Source: Xanthobacteraceae bacterium
GTDB taxonomy: Bacteria > Pseudomonadota > Alphaproteobacteria > Rhizobiales > Xanthobacteraceae
Assembly (NCBI GenBank): GCA_049579765.1
Contig: JBAUOM010000621.1
Coordinates: 1-49,201, forward strand
DNA length: 49,201 nucleotides
Direction of reading: 5' to 3'
Shown: positions 18,369 through 27,373 of the stretch, piece by piece
Position numbering within the stretch: position 1 is the stretch's first letter
How the letters are laid out: each line of letters begins with the position of its first letter
Notes under the pieces: generated by a model
Databases searched by the model: none
Seen by the model: the letters and a program-made list of their open reading frames with translations, nothing else
Told to the model about the DNA's origin: nothing
Made by a program: the position numbers and the translations under genes

Positions 18369-18517
18369 CTATAGTCCCGCTGTTTCGGAATCCAACGGGC
18401 CGGATCGGTGAAAGGTTCCGACACGCGGAGGCTTTCGACGGAACCCGCATTCGAATCGCCCGTTAACCCATCAAGGGCGCCGGACGTAACTTTTCACCTC
18501 GAGATCGGACGACCCTC

Positions 18518-20275
18518 ATGGCCTCTCCAACCGCATCGGACGTCCTGGTCGAGACCCTGCTCGACTGGGGAGTTGACACCGTTTTCGGCATTCCCGGCGA
18601 CGGCATCAACGGCATCATCGAAGCCTTGCGTACGCGCCAGGACCGGATACGCTTCATTCAGGTACGGCACGAGGAAGCCGCCGCCTTCAACGCCTGCGCT
18701 TACGCAAAGTGGACCGGCCGGCTCGGCGTGTGCCTTGCGACCTCCGGGCCTGGCGGCATTCATCTCCTCAACGGCCTCTACGACGCCAAGCTCGACGGCC
18801 AGTCTGTGCTCGCCATCACCGGCCTCCAGTTCCACGACCTGCTGCATACGTTTACTCAGCAGGACGTGGAGCTCGACAAGCTGTTCATGGATGCATGCGT
18901 CTACAATGCGCGCGTGATGGGACCCCACCACGTGCAGAACGTGGTGGAGCTCGCCTGTCGTACCGCGCTCGCCTACCACGGGGTGGCGCACGTGACGGTG
19001 CCGGTGGACACGCAGTCGCTGCCGGTCGAATCGGTGCCGCGATCCAAGCGGAATGTTGCCGAACATGTGTCGGACCTCATGGTCCGCTCCGCGCAACTCG
19101 CCAGCGACGATCAAATTGCTCGCGCTGTCTCGATATTCAACGGCGGCAAGAAGACAGCCATTCTGGCCGGGCGCGGCGCTCTCGATGCGCGCTCCGAACT
19201 GCTGGCCGTGGCTGAGCGACTGGCCGCGCCCGTGATCAAGCCGTTGCTGGGAAAGGTCGCGATTCCCGACGATAGTCCGTTCTCGACCGGCGGAATCGGG
19301 CTCCTCGGCACTAAGCCTTCGCAGGAAGCGCTCGAGGGCTGCGACACGCTGCTGATCGCCGGCAGCACATTTCCCTACATCGAATATTACCCCGAGCCCG
19401 GCCAGGCCCGCGCCGTGCAGATCGACATCGATCCCAAGCGCATCGGGCTGCGATATCCGGTGGAGGCCGGGCTGGTCGGCGACACCGCCAAGGTGCTGCA
19501 GGCGCTGCTGCCGCGGCTCGACTATCGCGAGGATCGCTCGTTCCTCGAGCAGGCGCAGGTCGGCATGAGGGAGTGGAACGAGCTGATGCTCGAGCGCGGC
19601 ACGCGGCAAGACAAGCCGATGAAGCCGGAAGTCGTGGCGCACGAGCTCAACAAACTGCTGTCGGACGACGCTATCGTGGCGACCGATTCCGGCACGATCA
19701 CGACCTGGATCGCGCGTCATCTGGTGATGCGCGGCAATATGATGTTCTCCTGCTCGGGTAACTTGGCCACGATGGCGTGCGGGCTACCCTACGCGATTGC
19801 GGCGGCGGTGGCTCATCCCGGCCGTCAGGTCGTCGCATTCGTCGGCGACGGCGGCCTCACGATGCTGCTCGGCGAGCTCGCCACCTGCGTGAAGTACGGG
19901 CTCGACGTCAAAATCATCGTCATCAAGAACAACGCGCTCGGGCAGATCAAATGGGAACAGATGGTGTTCCTCGGCAACCCGGAATACGTCTGCGACCTGC
20001 AACCCATCGACTTTGCCGCGGTGGCCCGCGGTTTCGGCATCGCGAGCTTCATCGCGGATGATGCCAAGCAATGCCGCGATGTGCTGCGCCGGGCGCTGAA
20101 CGCTCGCGGCCCCGCTCTCGTCGAAGCGGTGGTCGACCCCCACGAGCCGCCGATGCCGCCCAAGGCGACGCTGAAACAGATGGCGCACCTTGCCGAGTCA
20201 CTCGTGCGCGGCACGCCGGCGCGCAAGAAAATCGCGCTCACCATCGCCTCGGACGTGGTGCGCGAGATCGTGTGA
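18518..20275 (+). CDS. Thiamine diphosphate-requiring enzyme, PoxB-like (pyruvate oxidase/pyruvate dehydrogenase [quinone] family)
   Basis: 585 aa. The N-terminal GIPGDGINGI...RHEEAAAF...TSGPGGIHLLNGLYDA and the TPP motif GDGG-x25-NN (VGDGGLTMLLGEL...IVIKNNALG) are present. It is collinear by eye with E. coli PoxB, including the C-terminal region. Confidence 0.9.
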   Translation: MASPTASDVLVETLLDWGVDTVFGIPGDGINGIIEALRTRQDRIRFIQVRHEEAAAFNACAYAKWTGRLGVCLATSGPGGIHLLNGLYDAKLDGQSVLAITGLQFHDLLHTFTQQDVELDKLFMDACVYNARVMGPHHVQNVVELACRTALAYHGVAHVTVPVDTQSLPVESVPRSKRNVAEHVSDLMVRSAQLASDDQIARAVSIFNGGKKTAILAGRGALDARSELLAVAERLAAPVIKPLLGKVAIPDDSPFSTGGIGLLGTKPSQEALEGCDTLLIAGSTFPYIEYYPEPGQARAVQIDIDPKRIGLRYPVEAGLVGDTAKVLQALLPRLDYREDRSFLEQAQVGMREWNELMLERGTRQDKPMKPEVVAHELNKLLSDDAIVATDSGTITTWIARHLVMRGNMMFSCSGNLATMACGLPYAIAAAVAHPGRQVVAFVGDGGLTMLLGELATCVKYGLDVKIIVIKNNALGQIKWEQMVFLGNPEYVCDLQPIDFAAVARGFGIASFIADDAKQCRDVLRRALNARGPALVEAVVDPHEPPMPPKATLKQMAHLAESLVRGTPARKKIALTIASDVVREIV

Positions 20276-20284
20276 GAGCTCGCC

Positions 20285-21379
20285 ATGCCGGAAGACATCC
20301 GGATCAGGCGCGTTGCAGCGCGAGCGTTTCGTATTCCGACCGATGAGCCGGAGGCAGACGGCACGATTGCCTGGAATGCGACCACCCTGGTGCTGGTCGA
20401 AATCGATGCGGGTGGCACGACTGGGCTCGGCTACACCTATGCCGATGCGGCGAGTGCGGAAATCGTGACCGGCGTACTGGCTGAGGTCCTGCGCGGGCGG
20501 GATGCGTTGGCGATCCCGAAACGGTGGTCCGCCATGGTGCATGCCGTCCGAAATATCGGCTGGCGCGGCGTGTGCGCCTGCGCCATTTCCGCGACCGACG
20601 TGGCGCTCTGGGATCTGAAGGCGCGCCTGCTCGACGTTCCTTTGGCGAAGTTGTTCGGTGAGGAACGGCATGAGGTGCCGATCTACGGCAGCGGCGGCTT
20701 CACATCCTATTCGCGGGACCGCCTGCAAGAGCAGCTGGCTGGATGGATCGAAAAGGAGGGCTGCCGCTGGGTCAAGATGAAGATCGGGACGGCGCCGTCT
20801 GATGACCTTGCACGCGTGCGCGCCGCCCGAGACGCGATCGGAGACGCCGGGCTCTACGTCGACGCCAACGGCGCCTACCACCGCAAGCAGGCACTGCACT
20901 TTGCCGAGCAATTCGCCGTGCTCGGTGTGAGCTGGTTCGAGGAGCCGGTGTCGAGCGACGATTTGGACGGGTTGCGGCTGATGCGCGATCGCGTTCCGGC
21001 CGGCATGGAGATAGCAGCCGGCGAGTACGGCTACGAGCAGTTCTACTTCAAACGCATGCTGGCGGCCGGTGCCGTCGACGTGCTGCAGGCGGATGCCACG
21101 CGCTGCGGTGGCTATACCGGGTTCCTCAAGGCCGCGGCGCTGGCCGACGCATGGGGCTTGCCGCTTTCGGCACACACCGCTCCCGCCCTGCACCTGCCGG
21201 TGTGCTGCGCGGCGCCGCGTCTGCGCAACATCGAATGGTTTCACGATCACGTACGCATCGAGCGCATGGTCTTTGCCGGCGTGCCGGTTCCCTCCGAAGG
21301 ATCGATCAGGCCCGATCTCACACGCCCAGGCCATGGTCTTACGTTCAAGCAGAAGGACGCGGAACGCTTGGCCGCTTGA
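20285..21379 (+). CDS. Enolase-superfamily enzyme (mandelate racemase/muconate lactonizing enzyme family)
   Basis: Starts 9 nt after the TPP gene. Has a KMK general-base motif and metal ligands in DANGAY, FEEP and AAGE. Substrate unknown. Confidence 0.85.
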   Translation: MPEDIRIRRVAARAFRIPTDEPEADGTIAWNATTLVLVEIDAGGTTGLGYTYADAASAEIVTGVLAEVLRGRDALAIPKRWSAMVHAVRNIGWRGVCACAISATDVALWDLKARLLDVPLAKLFGEERHEVPIYGSGGFTSYSRDRLQEQLAGWIEKEGCRWVKMKIGTAPSDDLARVRAARDAIGDAGLYVDANGAYHRKQALHFAEQFAVLGVSWFEEPVSSDDLDGLRLMRDRVPAGMEIAAGEYGYEQFYFKRMLAAGAVDVLQADATRCGGYTGFLKAAALADAWGLPLSAHTAPALHLPVCCAAPRLRNIEWFHDHVRIERMVFAGVPVPSEGSIRPDLTRPGHGLTFKQKDAERLAA

Positions 21380-21420
21380 TGCCAGGGAGCGGATTCCAAC
21401 GACAAAAAGGAGAGCCCTGG

Positions 21421-24400
21421 ATGAGCCACGTCATCGAGATCAACCGCCAGGTAGCGCAAGGCCCGCGCCGAAAGATTGAGCGCACGCCCGACGGGCGGGT
21501 GAGAAGCGAGCATGTTTCCGCTGGCAACGGTGACGGCCGGTATCAAGAACTCGGGCGCGTTTTGGCGGCAGCACTCGAAGGCGAAGTCCGTTTCGACGCC
21601 GGCAGCCGCGCGCTCTACGCCACCGACGCGTCGAATTACCGGCAAGTCCCGATCGGAGTCGTGATCCCGCGCTCAATCGCGGACGTCGCCACGACGGTTG
21701 AGTTGTGCCGCAGCTTCGATGCTCCGATCGTCCTGCGCGGCGGCGGGACGAGCCTGGCCGGCCAGGGCTGCAACGTCGCGGTTCTCATCGACTTTTCCAA
21801 GTATCTCAACCGCGTTCTGTCGCTCGATGCACTCTCCCGAACGGCCGAAGTCGAACCTGGCTGCGTTCTCGACCGCCTAAGAAATGCCGCCGAGCGGCAT
21901 GGCCTCACCTTCGGTCCGGATCCGGCCACCCACGACCACAATACGCTTGGCGGCATGATCGGCAACAATTCGTGCGGCGTGCATTCCGTAATGGCGGGCC
22001 GTACCTCGGACAACGTGGAAGCGTTGGACATTCTCACCTACGACGGCGTGCGAATGGAGGTCGGCCGCACCGGGGAACGGGAAATGCGGAAGCACCTCGC
22101 AGCCGGCGGCCGGCGCGCGGAGATCTTCCGGCAGCTCGACGCGTTTCGCGCCCGCTATCGCGACCTCATCCTGGCGAAATATCCCAAAATTCCCCGGCGG
22201 GTTTCGGGATACGAGAACCTCGATGACCTGTTGCCGGAGCACGGTTTCAACGTCGCGCGCGCGCTGGTCGGAACCGAGGGCACCTGCGTGACGGTATTGG
22301 GGGCCACGCTCAAGTTGGTATCGAGCCCGCAACACCGTGTCCTCGCCATCATTGGATTTGAAGACGTGTATACGGCAGCCGATGCGGTGCCGGAGGTGCT
22401 CGGGTTCGGACCCATCGGCCTCGAGGGCATCGACGACATGCTGGTCGACTTCGTCACGAAGAAGCATCTGCATCCGGACGACGTTAAGATGCTGCCATCG
22501 GGCAGCGGATGGCTGGTCGCAGAATTCGGCGCCGATACGCCCGATGCGGCCGTAGAGAAGGCCGGCGAGCTCGTGGACGAGTTCAAGGGCAAGGGCCGCG
22601 CCGCCAGGCTGCTGCGCGACAAAGGCCACCAGCAGAAGATCTGGGAGCTGCGCGAGGCTGCGCTCGCGGCCACCGCCCATGTTCCCGGTTGGCCCGAAAC
22701 CTATCCGGGCTGGGAGGACAGCGCGGTGCGGCGCGAGGACCTCGGCCGCTATCTGCGCGAGCTCAAGTCGCTGTTCGGCAAGCACGGCTACGACGCCTCG
22801 GTCTACGGGCATTTCGGGGACGGGCTCGTGCATTGCCGCGTGCCATTCGACTTGCGAACCGAAAGCGGGCTGCGCAACTGGCAGAGGTTCCTCGATGAGG
22901 CCGCGGACCTCGTGGTCCGCTACGGAGGCTCGCTGTCGGGCGAGCATGGCGACGGCCAAGCGCGCGCGGCGCTGCTCGAGAAAATGTACGGTCCCGAGCT
23001 GATGGCGGCGTTCCGCGAGTTCAAGGCGATCTGGGACCCGGCCGGCGGAATGAACCCGGGCAAGCTGATCGATCCTTTTCCGATCACGTCGAATCTGCGC
23101 GTCGGCCCGAGCTATCAGCCCCGGGAAGTCCACGCACGCTTCGCCTATCCCGAAGACGGCGGCAGCTTCGCGAAGGCCATGCGCCGCTGCGTGGGCGTCG
23201 GCGCATGCCGCCGGCGGGACAGCGACAAGGGCGTGATGTGCCCCAGCTACATGGCTACCAACGAAGAGATGCACTCGACGCGCGGTCGCGCGCGTCTTTT
23301 GTTCGAAATGCTGCATGGCGGCCCGATCGAGGACCTGTGGCGAAGCGAGGCCGTCGAGGACGCGCTCGATCTTTGCCTCGCATGCAAGGGATGCAAGAGC
23401 GATTGTCCGGTTCAGGTCGACATGGCGACCTACAAGGCGGAATTCAGGGCACATCACTACGCCGGGCGGCTGCGCCCGCGCGCCGCTTATTCGATGGGGC
23501 TGATCCACGAATGGTCCCGTTTCGCCGCCACCGCGCCGTGGTTGGCAAACGCGCTGCTGCAGACGCCCGGACTGTCGGCGTTGGCCAAGTGGGCCGGCGG
23601 CATCTCGCCGCGACGTCGCGTCCCACGCTATGCCGCGGAGTCGTTCGTGCGCTGGTTCCGCCGACGCGCCAAGTCCGGCCGTGGCGAGCGCGTCATGCTC
23701 TGGCCGGATACCTTCAATAACCACTTCCGGCCGCGCACGACCATGGCGGCCACGGAAGTGCTGGAGTCGCTGGGATACTCGGTCATCGTTCCGGAACGAC
23801 CGCTTTGTTGCGGCCGTCCGCTCTACGACTGGGGCATGCTCGATCGCGCCAAGGCGCTCTGGGGCAAGACCCTCGACAGCCTCGGGCCGGAAATTCGCGA
23901 TGGCACGCCGGTCATCGGGCTCGAGCCGGCCTGCGTGAGTGCATTTCGCGACGAGTTGCCCGGCCTCTTTCCCGGCGAAGAGCGAGCCGAGCGTCTGTCG
24001 AAACAAACGCTGTTCATCAGCGAGTTCATCGATCAACACTGCAGGGACAAGCCGCTGCCGCAGAGCGGCGGCCAAGCCCTGGTTCAGATCCACTGTCATC
24101 ATCATGCCGTCATCAAGACCGCCTCTGAAAGCGCCGTGCTCGATCGCCTGTCGCTCGACTACGAGATCATGAAGTCCGGCTGCTGTGGAATGGCGGGCTC
24201 GTTCGGATTCGAGCGCGAAAAATACGGGCTCTCGATTACGGCCGCCGAACGCGTATTGCTGCCGGCGATCCGAAACGCAGGCCCGGAAACGGTCATCCTC
24301 GCGAACGGCTTTAGTTGTCGTGAACAAATTGAACAATGTACGGGCCGCCAAAACCCTGCACATTGCGGAGCTTCTGGCGAACGATCGGCCCGCCGGACTC

Positions 24401-24468
24401 GAGCAGTAGCGCGAAGACGTGCCCGTTGGCCCGAGGCGGGCGATGATTGTCCGCGCGGTCGACCTTGA
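21421..24468 (+). CDS. FAD-binding (GlcD-like) and Fe-S/CCG-domain (GlcF-like) fusion oxidoreductase, ~1000 aa
   Basis: ATG 21421 preceded by AAGGAGAG. Contains the PCMH FAD domain (RGGGTSLAGQ), ferredoxin-type cysteine clusters (CVGVGACRR; CLACKGCKSDCP) and C-terminal cysteine-rich domains. The last ~40 codons look frame-shifted (see findings), so the true stop may be 24409. Confidence 0.9.
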   Translation: MSHVIEINRQVAQGPRRKIERTPDGRVRSEHVSAGNGDGRYQELGRVLAAALEGEVRFDAGSRALYATDASNYRQVPIGVVIPRSIADVATTVELCRSFDAPIVLRGGGTSLAGQGCNVAVLIDFSKYLNRVLSLDALSRTAEVEPGCVLDRLRNAAERHGLTFGPDPATHDHNTLGGMIGNNSCGVHSVMAGRTSDNVEALDILTYDGVRMEVGRTGEREMRKHLAAGGRRAEIFRQLDAFRARYRDLILAKYPKIPRRVSGYENLDDLLPEHGFNVARALVGTEGTCVTVLGATLKLVSSPQHRVLAIIGFEDVYTAADAVPEVLGFGPIGLEGIDDMLVDFVTKKHLHPDDVKMLPSGSGWLVAEFGADTPDAAVEKAGELVDEFKGKGRAARLLRDKGHQQKIWELREAALAATAHVPGWPETYPGWEDSAVRREDLGRYLRELKSLFGKHGYDASVYGHFGDGLVHCRVPFDLRTESGLRNWQRFLDEAADLVVRYGGSLSGEHGDGQARAALLEKMYGPELMAAFREFKAIWDPAGGMNPGKLIDPFPITSNLRVGPSYQPREVHARFAYPEDGGSFAKAMRRCVGVGACRRRDSDKGVMCPSYMATNEEMHSTRGRARLLFEMLHGGPIEDLWRSEAVEDALDLCLACKGCKSDCPVQVDMATYKAEFRAHHYAGRLRPRAAYSMGLIHEWSRFAATAPWLANALLQTPGLSALAKWAGGISPRRRVPRYAAESFVRWFRRRAKSGRGERVMLWPDTFNNHFRPRTTMAATEVLESLGYSVIVPERPLCCGRPLYDWGMLDRAKALWGKTLDSLGPEIRDGTPVIGLEPACVSAFRDELPGLFPGEERAERLSKQTLFISEFIDQHCRDKPLPQSGGQALVQIHCHHHAVIKTASESAVLDRLSLDYEIMKSGCCGMAGSFGFEREKYGLSITAAERVLLPAIRNAGPETVILANGFSCREQIEQCTGRQNPAHCGASGERSARRTRAVARRRARWPEAGDDCPRGRP

Positions 24469-24696
24469 GCGGAGCGGCCGCGTCGTGTCGTTGCATAGAT
24501 GCTCATCGAGTGTACGATGCCGGCAGCCGTCGTGAGGCGTCGCGCCAGCTGCGGGTCATTCGGACGATGCCGCTAAAGGATTGACTCTCCATATGTGCCA
24601 TCGCGGCGTGGCGACGATGACGACCGATCTGGCTCGCGAATCTCCGCTCGCCGGTGCCGGCTGCTGCAGCGTCCGTCCGGGACGGGAGTGCGGGCG

Positions 24697-25458
24697 ATGA
24701 AAATGCATCTGCTCTCCGGCGGTCGGCTGCGGATGCGCAAGAACGTCTTTCTCCCGACCGCGGATCGCGGCGAGACCTTCGAACTTCCGGTTCCGAGCGT
24801 GCTGCTGCGCCACCCGCAAGGCAACGTGTTGTTCGATACCGGTTGCCATCCGTCGGTGGCGACCAATGCCGAAGCTCGCTGGGGCTCGCTGGCGCGCCTG
24901 ATGACCCCGGTCATGACGGAAAGCGACAACGTCCTTGACGGTCTCGCCGGCGTCGGCCTCGGAGTCGACGACATCGACCTGGTCGTATGCTCGCATCTGC
25001 ATCCGGACCATTGCGGCTGCAACAGCTTCTTCAAGCGGGCGACGCTGATCGTGCATGCCCGCGAGCTGGAGGCAGCGCGTGCGCCGGCTGCCGAGGCGCA
25101 GGGCTATCTGGCGGTCGAATGGGACCACTCGCTGCCGACCGATGCGGTCAGCGGCGAGCGCGACGTGTTCGGCGATGAACGGATCGTGCTACTTTCATTG
25201 CCCGGCCATACGCCGGGCACCATGGGCGCCCTGGTACGGCTCGAACGCACCGGCACGTTCCTGCTGGCCTCCGACACGGTGAGCATCGGCGAGACCCTCC
25301 ATGAGGGCATCGTGCCCCGCAACACCTGGAACGCGGACGCGCTTGTTAAATCGCTCGCCGAGATCAGGCGCATTGCTGCCGGCGGCGCTACGATTGTTTA
25401 TGGTCATGACGACCGGCAATGGCGGAGCTTGCGGCATGGAGCCGACGCCTATGATTGA
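24697..25458 (+). CDS. MBL-fold hydrolase, N-acyl homoserine lactonase/gamma-lactonase-like (AttM/AiiB type)
   Basis: ATG 24697 preceded by GGGAG. HLHPDHCG (HxHxDH) zinc motif, later LPGHTPG and YGHD. Its ~250 aa length is typical of AHL-lactonase-like enzymes. Confidence 0.8.
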   Translation: MKMHLLSGGRLRMRKNVFLPTADRGETFELPVPSVLLRHPQGNVLFDTGCHPSVATNAEARWGSLARLMTPVMTESDNVLDGLAGVGLGVDDIDLVVCSHLHPDHCGCNSFFKRATLIVHARELEAARAPAAEAQGYLAVEWDHSLPTDAVSGERDVFGDERIVLLSLPGHTPGTMGALVRLERTGTFLLASDTVSIGETLHEGIVPRNTWNADALVKSLAEIRRIAAGGATIVYGHDDRQWRSLRHGADAYD

Positions 25459-25561
25459 CCAGGCGCATACGCGGTCAAGGCTCGTCGGCGGCCTCGCCGG
25501 GAGCGCCTGAGCGTGCGATTTGCCGGCTCGCCGGCAGCCGAGAGAACGGCAGGAGGATGTG

Positions 25562-27049
25562 ATGAGCGAGGTCGAAACGTTGTGGGCCGACTTCACCCGC
25601 CCGATCGTCACGGCGGACGATTACATTGCCTCCCTGCGCGGCCGGCCCATGACCATCTATTTCATGGGCGAGCGCGTGCCGGAACCGGTTGATCACCCGG
25701 TGATCAAGCCTTCGATCAACGCCATGGCCGAGACCTACCGGCTCGCATCGGAGCGGCCCGATTTGGGCGGCGTGCGGAGCGAGATCGGCGGCTGCCGCAC
25801 CAACCGCTTTCTGCATGTTCCGACCACGCCAGAGGAGCTCGTGAGCAAGCACGAGATGCAGCGCGAGTTGGGACGCCGCACCGGCACGTGCTTCCAGCGC
25901 TGCGTCGGCCTCGATGCCATCGGCACCTGCCACTCCGTGACCTTCGACATCGACGCGGAGCGCGGCACCGACTACCATCAGCGCTTCCTCGCCTTCCTCA
26001 GGCGTGCGCAGAACGCCAATGTCGTGATCGGCGGCGCCATGACCGATCCCAAGGGCGATCGGTCGAAGCCGCCGCATCAGCAGCGCGACGTCGACCTGTT
26101 CCTGCACGTGGTGCGGCGCGACGCGAAAGGCATCTACGTATCCGGCGCCAAGATGCACCAGACCGGCGCGGTCAATTCGCACTGGCTGATATTCATGCCG
26201 ACCATGCGCATGACCGAAGCCGACCGCGACTGGTCGGTCGTGGGTGCCGTGCGTGTCGATGCGGCCGGCCTCACCTACGTGGTCGGGCGGCAAACCAACG
26301 ACACCCGCGTGGTCGACGGCGGCGAGCTCGATGCCGGCAATGCTCGTTTCGCCGGCCAGGAATCGCTGATCGTGTTCGACAACGTATTCGTTCCCTACGA
26401 GCATGTGTTTATGGACGGAGAATGGAGCTACGCGGCGACGCTGGTAGAGCGCTTCACCACCTATCACCGCTCCTCCTATGTGTGCAAAACCGGGCTGGGC
26501 GACGTGCTGATCGGTGCTGCCGCGGAAGCGGCTTCGCATAACGGCGTCGAATCGGTATCGCACATCAAGGACAAGCTCGTGGAGATGACGCATCTCAACG
26601 AGACCATCTATTCGAGCTGCATGGCGGCCGCCTACCGCTCGAAGCCGATGGCCTCGGGCGCCTATCTAAGCGACGAGATGCTCTCGAACGTGGCAAAGCA
26701 CAATGTAACGCGCTTTCCGTTCGAAATCGCACGGCTGGCGCAGGACATCGCCGGTGGTCTCGTGGTCACGATGCCGTCCGAGAAAGACCTGCAACACAAC
26801 GAGATCGGCCCTTTGATCCGCAAGTTCCTGCAAGGTCGCGAGGGCGTGGACACGGTCGACCGGATGCGCGTATTGCGGTTGATCGAGAATATGACGATCG
26901 GCCGCAACGCCGTCGGTTATCTCACCGAAAGCCTGCACGGCGCCGGCTCGCCGCAGGCGCAAAGAATCCAAATCGCGCGCGGCATGCGACTCGAGGACAA
27001 GAAGGCACGCGCCCGCGCACTTGCGGGTTCGAGCGACGCAAGGAAATAG
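25562..27049 (+). CDS. 4-hydroxybutyryl-CoA dehydratase/vinylacetyl-CoA isomerase-like protein (HpaB-fold family)
   Basis: ATG 25562 preceded by AGGAGGA. Has a TGTCFQRCVGLDA CxxxC motif (Cys codons at 25889 and 25901) and YHRSSYVCKTGLGDVLIGAA (His codon 26465, Cys codon 26483). These resemble the [4Fe-4S] ligand regions of clostridial AbfD. Confidence 0.75.
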   Translation: MSEVETLWADFTRPIVTADDYIASLRGRPMTIYFMGERVPEPVDHPVIKPSINAMAETYRLASERPDLGGVRSEIGGCRTNRFLHVPTTPEELVSKHEMQRELGRRTGTCFQRCVGLDAIGTCHSVTFDIDAERGTDYHQRFLAFLRRAQNANVVIGGAMTDPKGDRSKPPHQQRDVDLFLHVVRRDAKGIYVSGAKMHQTGAVNSHWLIFMPTMRMTEADRDWSVVGAVRVDAAGLTYVVGRQTNDTRVVDGGELDAGNARFAGQESLIVFDNVFVPYEHVFMDGEWSYAATLVERFTTYHRSSYVCKTGLGDVLIGAAAEAASHNGVESVSHIKDKLVEMTHLNETIYSSCMAAAYRSKPMASGAYLSDEMLSNVAKHNVTRFPFEIARLAQDIAGGLVVTMPSEKDLQHNEIGPLIRKFLQGREGVDTVDRMRVLRLIENMTIGRNAVGYLTESLHGAGSPQAQRIQIARGMRLEDKKARARALAGSSDARK

Positions 27050-27373
27050 CGCGCGAAAGCGCGGGAGATCCCACGCCCGGCGATCGACCGGCCGAATGTC
27101 GCTCCCGGGTTCCGCCCCCGACCTTTCGCCAAGCTCGGATAGCACCATCCCGGTGCGCGGCCGTACCAATCTCGGCGGGGAGGGGGACGCGGTCCGATTG
27201 GTCCCCGGGGAGGCGAACTTAAGGCTCGGGAGCCGTGCAATCCCAGGCGACAGCCGGAGGAGCGCCGCGGATCGCGGCAGCGGCAGACCCCGCAGATAAC
27301 GAGCTTGAAAAGCTTTGTGAGTGAGGTAATCTTGCAAACTAAATGGGCGTCCGGCGGACGCGGGAGCGCGGCT

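Noticed and set aside
21151-21420. Long N-terminal extensions offered by the ORF track: 21151 for the FAD/Fe-S oxidase, 27343 for HpaB, 30452 for LivM, 1018 for the M20 enzyme, 43287 for the SDR and 45088 for DedA.
   Set aside because: The extensions overlap the preceding genes and are Arg-rich junk. In each case an internal ATG or GTG with a good Shine-Dalgarno sequence coincides with the start of family homology.
21877-24363. An 828-aa uninterrupted ORF on the minus strand, the longest 'extra' ORF in the window.
   Set aside because: It is exactly antisense to the well-supported FAD/Fe-S oxidase gene. It is Arg/Ala/Gly/Leu-rich with no recognisable motifs and has the codon-position pattern expected of a shadow frame in GC-rich DNA. 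Such long antisense ORFs are a known artefact of high GC3 genes.
27050-27373. A known riboswitch (cobalamin, SAM-II, glycine or guanidine types) in the long spacer.
   Set aside because: I could not find the diagnostic conserved cores, such as a B12 box or the GCAACTGT-type cobalamin element. Only generic hairpins are present, so it is reported merely as an unexplained structured spacer.
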